From positions 14,694,001-14,758,000 of the forward strand of contig CM022677.1 of NCBI GenBank assembly GCA_012295275.1: 64,000 nucleotides of DNA, written 5' to 3'. The stretch is from Chrysomallon squamiferum (Eukaryota > Animalia > Mollusca). Positions 56,397 through 64,000 of this stretch are shown here, one piece after another. The notes beneath the pieces were generated by a model, which was given only the letters and a program-made list of their open reading frames with translations, did not search any database and had not been told where the DNA came from. Numbering within the stretch: the first letter of the stretch is position 1; each line of letters starts with the position of its first letter. The translations under genes were made by a program, and so were the position numbers.

Positions 56397-57294
56397 TTGA
56401 TTTCAGTTGTTATCATAAAGAAATAATTAAACACAATTTTACAATCAACATTGCAAAAGTATTTCAAAATAATTAATTTTAAAACGAACACACAACACTG
56501 AAACAGTAAGTTTAATAGGAGATACACAGAAAGTATTAGGGAAAAAATAATAATAAAAATAATAATGAAATAAAATCAAATTTAATTTGCTTGATTATGG
56601 TTTAATTATGACAGCTATGACAATATCAAATAAAAGTGAAATTGGTTCATAATACAAAATCTTTAAGGCATACGCCACTATAATTCATTATTATAATGCA
56701 TTGTTAGAAAACTGGGGTTTAGTTTTATCTTCTAATGCTACTGTAATTATATTTGCTGTTTAACAACCTTCAGTTTGATTAGTAACAACATGCAGAGTGA
56801 TCGTGACTGCTCAAGATTAATAGTGATTGAAAACACAAATTCACTTTTTTTTCTCGAAAGGAAATTAAACAGAAAATACAGATTATAAAATACCTGAAAA
56901 AATTGCACATTTTTTAAATAAGTTTTTGAATTTTCCAAAATGTGAAAGGCAAATGATAAAATACCTGGAAAAATTCCATTTATGTACATTTTTTCTCTTA
57001 TTTGTTTTAATTTTTTTTCTTTTTTTTTCTATTCTTAATGATTTCTTATTGAAATAATTCTATTATTCTTTCTAAATTGGGAAAGCAAATTATAAAAACT
57101 GGCAGAAATGTCTAAACAGAAGTAACTGAATATTTAAGTGTTATTATCTAGACAGGTTTTTGATTAACTTCAACTTCAAGATCATCATGTTTCTTCTGAT
57201 TAAAAATAACAAAGTCATAGTTAATGAAAATAACATTTTAATTAAGTTAACAGTTTACATTACAAATAAATAAAAAAAAATTATATACAAAAAA

Positions 57295-57820
57295 TTATAA
57301 TTACCTCTAATTAGTAAACCTTCAATTATATTTACACTAATTACCCCAACTAACTCTTGATTTCCCCCATTTTAAATAATAGAGAGAAAAATGTTTGTGA
57401 GTTTTTTTGTTTTTAATATAAAAATTCCAATTACCCCTAATTACATAATGTTCAATTACATTTACATTAATTACCACTAACAAATTCTTGATTTCCCTTG
57501 ATCTAAATAATATAAAAAAGCAAAAGTATATATTTTATATACATACGTATAAAATATTCTAATTACCCTAAATTACATAATTTTCATTTTAGGTGGATTA
57601 ACCCCAGCAAACCCTTGATTTCCCCTGATTTAAATCATGTAAAAAAAAAAAAGAAAAATGAAAGATTTTATTTTTGTTTGGTTTTTGTTGTTTTTTTAAG
57701 TTTTTGTGAGTTTTTAATTTTTTTATAAAAATTCTAATTACCCCTAATTACATAGTTTTAAATATATTTACATTGATTACCCCAGCAAACCATGTATTTT
57801 CGCAAGATTTAAGTAATATA
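57295..57820. repeat. Degenerate ~130-180-bp tandem repeat, ~4 copies
   Basis: aattacccctaattacata..attaccc..cttgatttccc..ttaaataat recurs at ~57299, 57429, 57561 and 57736. Confidence 0.75.
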
Positions 57821-59943
57821 AAAATTATTAAAAAAAATGAACACCATCACATTATTTTTGTTTTCTTCACTAAGATGGCATTCCACAGCAATGATGAATC
57901 TCCATTACTTTTTCAGTGAGAAAAATTAGAATAACCAAGCACACATCAATGATAAAAACAGTGCAAGCTGCTATGAAGTTCAATGTGTACACTGGATGTT
58001 CTGATCACATTGACAATGTAGTCTTGCAGTTTTCGCAGCTTGAATCTGTTGTCTACAATCCTACAACAAAATATAATATTCATCAATAAACTAAACATAA
58101 AATAAAGTGCAAGCAGTATTTGTTGTCAGCTCTAGCTGTCTTTGCAAGAAGAATTTTGTCCAATTTTTTATTTTAATAAAGGTTTTTATATTCTTAATTT
58201 CAAGCAATTTACCTTTTGCCTGTAGTTAATCTATGTAGTTCAGATAAGAATGCAATATCAATAACAGCAAATTACAAATGTTCTCTTCACTACTCTATTA
58301 GGCCTGCATGTAAATTATTACAATGTTTTTTGGTGCATAAACCATTATTACATTGATTCTATTATATATAAACTAAACATTTAAAATTTCAAGCAAATAT
58401 GCATGCTTTATACAAAATTATCAGTACTATTCTGTATATAAAAATAAAATCATCAAAGAAGACAAACAGTGTAAATATCTGAATTTAGTTAATTGTTAAT
58501 TAATTAATCTGAACAAATTTGACAATTTTCTTACAATTTCTCAAAGATAAAAGATAAATGCAGTGAACACATTTGACTTAAGCATGAAAACAAAATGAAT
58601 TATTACATTTAAATAACTACAAACCCTGATTATCAATCTGTAAATGCCATTTTCTAATTTTAATTATGTATTTATTTTTTTAGCTTCTAAGAAAGATCAA
58701 GAACAGGGGTGGACTTAAACATTTATGATTTTCTGCTACTTCTTACAAATTACTAAATTTCTTTATTCATCAACATTATCTTCTTCCACTCACAAACACT
58801 GTTATATTGAAAACAAAATCTTTAAAATGTATTTTAATCATCAGTCATTCTGAAGATGTATATTACTCAGCTCTCCTGATCTTTGTTTTTGGTTTTTGTT
58901 ATATGTTATGAAGACACTTTTTTAACATCAAAGTTATAAACAGTCTTACCAGAGAAGCAGAATGTTGCAGGGTGGTACATCCTGATCCACCCAACATCTA
59001 TGTCAGAACTATTTCACTTCTGCATCTTTTCTAGAAAGAGCAAGTTTAGGAAAGAAGGATAGCATTACAACTAATTACTCTATATACTGGATAAGCACAA
59101 CTAACACTAATTATAAATTATTTTATGGCAGTTAAAAACAAAAATGTTGATATTTCCTAGCTATCCATTTTTATTTATAATAATAAATACAGAGATAGAG
59201 CTAGTCCAGTTAAGATGGAAACACATGAGTGAAAGCTACTAAAAATAAAAAAAAGTAAACAGCTGCAATCCATACAATAAGAAAAACTGCAAAAAGTTAG
59301 ATATAATATAAGTTAACATCTCCAGATATTTTTCAACATTTAACTCTATTCAACATTTACACAAACGAAATAAACATACTTCATTACAGTTTTCTTTTCT
59401 GGAACCTTCATAATAATTTCAGTCTGTGAGCTTTCCATCTCATTTGCAAAATCACCTCCTTTACTCTTTTATCTTTACAGACTACACATTTTTAAATGCA
59501 ATGCAGATAAAACAAAGGAAGATGATTTTCTATTTCCAGTCTCTCTGAGTTGTCATAGTTGTACCTTCTTTTTTTTTTTTTACAGGTCATATTTTCAGAT
59601 CTATAGCAAACCTTGGTAAATTCCTGAACAATAATAAGCAACTTATTCTAAGCTGTGTGAGTTCTAAGCTTTGTGATTTTATTTCGTGCATTAAATAAAG
59701 AAGAAGAAAGAAAAGGTGGGCGAAATAACAACACCGTTTATTTGTAAAAAAAACCCATATCAGTTTATAATTAATACGTAGATTTTAATAAAGTTTATTA
59801 TATTCCTTCATTTTTTTTATTTGCACTGAACTTTTTTTTCTTTGTATAGTTGTTGCGGAAAAATGTGGGATGATTGCCGGTCTTTTGGGATTTACTGTTT
59901 TGCTTGATGTTCGAAGAATCTTCTACAGAACTGTCACATAATG

Positions 59944-59956
59944 GCAGCCATCTTAT
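59944..59956 (-). promoter_or_regulatory. YY1-like start-site motif AAGATGGCTGCC (possible first exon of a decayed minus-strand gene)
   Basis: Plus strand ggcagccatcttatt. Downstream minus-strand exon-like blocks with splice signals at ~59380-59623, 58950-59030 and 57860-58060. Confidence 0.3.
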
Positions 59957-62305
59957 TCGGGAATAATTATATATAAATAAAAAATAAACAATGTCAGAAC
60001 TTTTGTAGATAATCAGATTTAAATCTTGAAACTAAAATCCTTCAGCTGTTATTCATTATTACATATATATATATAAATATATATATATAAATCACATAGT
60101 TTTAGAGTTTGAATTTAAAGTAACAATTTAAAGTAGCATGCATCATGATTGAGAGAACAAGTAGGAATCATCTCCTTTAGAGAAGACAAAATAAAATTTC
60201 TCTTCCTAAAATCTGAATATTTCCACATTGTTTGACTGATGTATAAGATACATCGTGAACTAAAATTGGATGCAACTCAAATCTGTCATGTTGACTTATG
60301 TCTTCAACTCAGTGAGATCTTCTAAAACAGAAAAAAGAAAAACATTTTATTATGAAATTAAGTGGAGGCATTGTAGTATTTTAAGCAATATTGAAATCTG
60401 TTTTCTCTCTTTTACACTGATTGATTCAAAGACTTGCAGATTATTCAAATATAAGGAAGACGTTTATCAATTTACCTAAATCTTATGTAAAGCTGTCTCT
60501 ATGCTGCTGCAAAGGTCAACTCATTTTTGTAATTTTAATTTCCTTCCTTGAAAGGGTTTTCCTCAGCTGTGTTTCTGTTTTGTTATTTTCTAAACTAGCA
60601 AATATCATGATGTATTATATATATTCACCTTCGTTTTCATATTCGTTTCTAGATATGTGAACTTTGATAAACAATTGAGAATTGACAGGCAAGTTTATAG
60701 TTTCCTTTATATTCTGCAAAATTTCATAAAATAAATGAATTAACAGTTACTTCAATTGGGAAATTAATAATTAAACTGTAAGGTACATCTGAGCTATTTA
60801 GTGCAATTTATTAAAATTTGTTATTTTCTGCATCATGCTTAAAAATACTGTAGAGCTTAGAAATCATCATTTTGATATAAAACGTGTATTCTGGTTTGAA
60901 ACTGTATGAGATATTTAGTGTTCTGTTTGCCAAATGACTGAAATGAATCTCAGAATTTTCCACAGATTATGAAGGAAAAATACCAAGCAAACTTTATTCA
61001 GATAAAAATTCGTTACTTCCTTCACATCAATCATATCACTGATATTTTGGTGTAATTTTAATATCCAGTTTTTTATTTTATTTTTATTTTTATTTTCTCA
61101 TTGTATAGTTATAAGTTATATAATTTAAAAGATAATTATATTTTTGAAAATACTGTTACATAGCTGCTAAATATAATACATAATAATTTAAATGAAAAGC
61201 AAAATATAACTGATTACTCTGGTGATTGATCAATAAAAATTTCTCAAAAAAATAAAAATTACACTCAAGTCTTGTGACAAGATTCTACATCGTATTGTTT
61301 AATAATTCATTTTCGATTATCTGCCCTTGAAAACTTTCCATAAAGCAGACGACGAAACATTTTACAAACTAAATTACAAACATGTACTCCAAAGTATATA
61401 AAGAATATAAAAAAAAAGAAAAAAAAAACATTTCAAGAAAGTAATATTCTACCATTACCTGTATATATAAAGAAATCAACTCTTCGTGATTCTTAGAATC
61501 TACATTTAACTGAGAAAACCATAAATAACAAACACCGCAAATAAAAGAGAAGTCGCGCCTCACCCCGAAATAAAAAATTATATGAGAGTAATCTCCCTTC
61601 TGCTGTAGTTTCTTTCTTTCTTCTGTTTGTGGGGTTCTCGGTGTACATCATTGCACACCACAGAAAATCGCTGATAACGAAACGTCGTATATAGCTGTAT
61701 AATGAGTAATAAATGTAAATGTGTAGGTACGTTCCAGGAATATCAATTTTCATACAATATAAACAATATGCCGTATCTATTAATATGGGATAAATAATTA
61801 AAATATAAACAATAAAAATAAATACAGTGGACGCTGTCAAAACCGGATGATTCATTGAGACCAACATTTTCTCTGTGATTTTCTACAGTTGCATGTAATA
61901 GTCACTACATATGTGTGTATAGCTAAATAGTTTTGTTTACACTGGAAACACGTGCAAATCTAATAATAATCTTGTTCTTCTAGCTGCATATTGTATTATA
62001 AGAAGCTTGATATCATTGTTTGTTAAGCCATCGAAGAAGAGCGATCATTTTATCTCACGCGCTAGTCTAATTATGTTCAAACTGCAATCAGTGTTTAAGA
62101 AATGATAGTACTTAGAAAATTGTGTTCCAGTGCTAATTACTATATAAACTTTTCTGTTGTTGTGAAATTTGCACCCGGAATCATCGAGATTGGATTAGTT
62201 TTTGTTCATAACAGGATACCGATAGCTGGACGAAACTTTGAAATTGTGCAGGTTATTCTGAAATCTGTATTAGTCGAAGACTGTTTTTCTCAGAGTCCAC
62301 TGTAA

Positions 62306-62306
62306 A

Positions 62307-62370
<64 letters not shown>

Positions 62371-62576
62371 TCAGTATTCTTGACGTAAACAATACATCTA
62401 AAATATCCTAGGATAATTTATGCAATGTACAGCAAGTTACTGACATTTGTGATATTCTAATGTTATAACACATAAAAAGTAACATACTGAATCGACTGTT
62501 ACATCAATGCGGTGAATTTTATACAATATTTTCTTTTTATATTTTAATTAAATAAAGTGTATAAAATATTTCTAGT

Positions 62577-62658
<82 letters not shown>
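62306..62658. repeat. (AAT)n and (GT)n(GA)n microsatellites
   Basis: Pure runs at 62306-62368 and 62576-62658. Confidence 0.95.
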
Positions 62659-62662
<4 letters not shown>

Positions 62663-63642
62663 CAGTTTTTAATATAAGAGTACTTGTTTTTTGACCTCAT
62701 TGTTTAACGCAACATGTACGTAATGACAATTTACATCTACAATGGACTGTTAATATATATAATTTTTAACTATTGATATTACAAATTTCAGTACATCTCA
62801 AAACAGACTTGTCGACGTTTGGCTGAAATAAGTAGAAACTGGTAAGTTTAATACTTTTTAAGGAACTATCAAGTGTTAGAGGAGAAATAGTCTGTCACTG
62901 ATGAAATCATAAAATAATAATAATATTTGATCAAGGCGTTTCCCTCTTTGTTGAAATAATGATGAGATGTTTGATTAAAACAAAATACTTGAATTACGTG
63001 AGAGTAAACAGTATACGGACCTAAGAGAAAATTACTTTTATTAGAAATTATTATTATAAATATTCACATACAGCATCTTTGATTAATATTTTTAATAAAT
63101 AAATAAATAAATAAAATAAATAAATAAATAAATAAATAAACACACCCATTAAAAATATATCTCCTTTTACAGTTAACACGATCTTTAATTTTAATATCAA
63201 GAACAAAGAATACAACAGTAAGCATGTTTATATCGGTTTGTCCGCATTCGTATATTTTTTGTTTGTTCTTGTTATATTCTTACTGTTGCTGTCGTTGTAT
63301 CTTATACCTAAAGACAAAGTGTAACATTTGCACTGATTCTAAGAAGTTGAAGGAACTCAAGCGACAAGAAGACGTAATCATTATATTTTGAACGAGAGTC
63401 ACTTACACAAACAGGCGTCTTTGAAAAATAATGCGGAATTAAGCAAGAAAAAAAAAAATGAACGGAAAAAAATCAATAAATATGCAATAAATAGTACTTT
63501 AAATATACTTTTTTTTTTTTTTTTTTTTTTTTTTTCTTACATAAATGCCTATGGAAAATATTTACAAACCAAAAATTAATCAGTAAGCAAGAAACCTCTT
63601 TCTAGGACCTGCGCACATTAAAAGTTATTTCATTTATTTCAT

Positions 63643-64000
63643 TTATTCTTCTGGATTTGTGGACCATGGCCGCTTGAATTCTTGACCCTTTTTTAGAAAC
63701 CAGTACGTGGCCACCCATTTAGAGCCAATCAGAACGGGACAAGCTCCATGAATTGTCATTTTGTTAGGTGAACCATTCCGATATAAATTATACCAAAATA
63801 TAGTTGCACCTGCTTTAGGTTGTATTCTTACACCAAGATGAAGAAACACTGTTGCATCTCCTTCTACATCACTCAACTAGTTTAACCACGTGGCAATTCT
63901 GTTTTCACGGCAAGAATCTGCTTTGTGGAAATAGTCAGCATGAGCCGTGAAGTACCCGCCTATTCCATAGTTTGCCACCTGAAGTCGCTCTGAAGCTTTC
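63643..64000 (-). pseudogene. P4HA: Prolyl 4-hydroxylase alpha subunit catalytic C-terminus, intronless here, with an in-frame stop; 5' part lies beyond the window
   Basis: KASERLQVANYGIGGYFTAHADYF..ENRIATWLN*LSDVEGDATVF..AGATIFWYNLYRNG..TIHGACPVLIGSKWVATYWFLKKGQEFKRPW. TAG at 63877-63879 replaces the conserved Tyr. Confidence 0.92.

Noticed and set aside
61823-61850. TA-CAGTGGACGCTG as a pogo/Tc1 terminus
   Set aside because: No matching inverted end found in the window.

Overview
AT-rich, intron-rich metazoan DNA. A lophotrochozoan, probably a mollusc, is inferred from the gene families and repeats, not proven. It is dense in microsatellites and minisatellites, with a 200-N scaffold gap at 32245-32444. 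Recognisable content, left to right: (1) a frameshifted minus-strand PARP14-like/DTX3L-like locus (KH-like, WWE, macrodomain, RING, Deltex C-terminal domain); (2) a divergent plus-strand first exon and an unknown ORF; (3) a Tc1/mariner MITE and several tandem arrays; (4) two ~15-kb near-copies of a disabled EGFR-like gene, one each side of the gap, each lacking the L2/CR2 exons and carrying a non-LTR ORF1 fragment; (5) a GC-richer repeat family; (6) two apparently intact TIR_2 exons with a BEL/Pao relic in their intron; (7) an intronless, stop-containing prolyl 4-hydroxylase alpha fragment at the right edge. The most unusual pattern is three independent tandem arrays (75, 21 and 78 bp units), each built from an exon 3' end plus its splice donor. 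No prokaryotic operons, rRNA, intact tRNA or CRISPR arrays were seen. Most ORF-track entries are translated microsatellites. All calls come from manual reading; no database searches were run.
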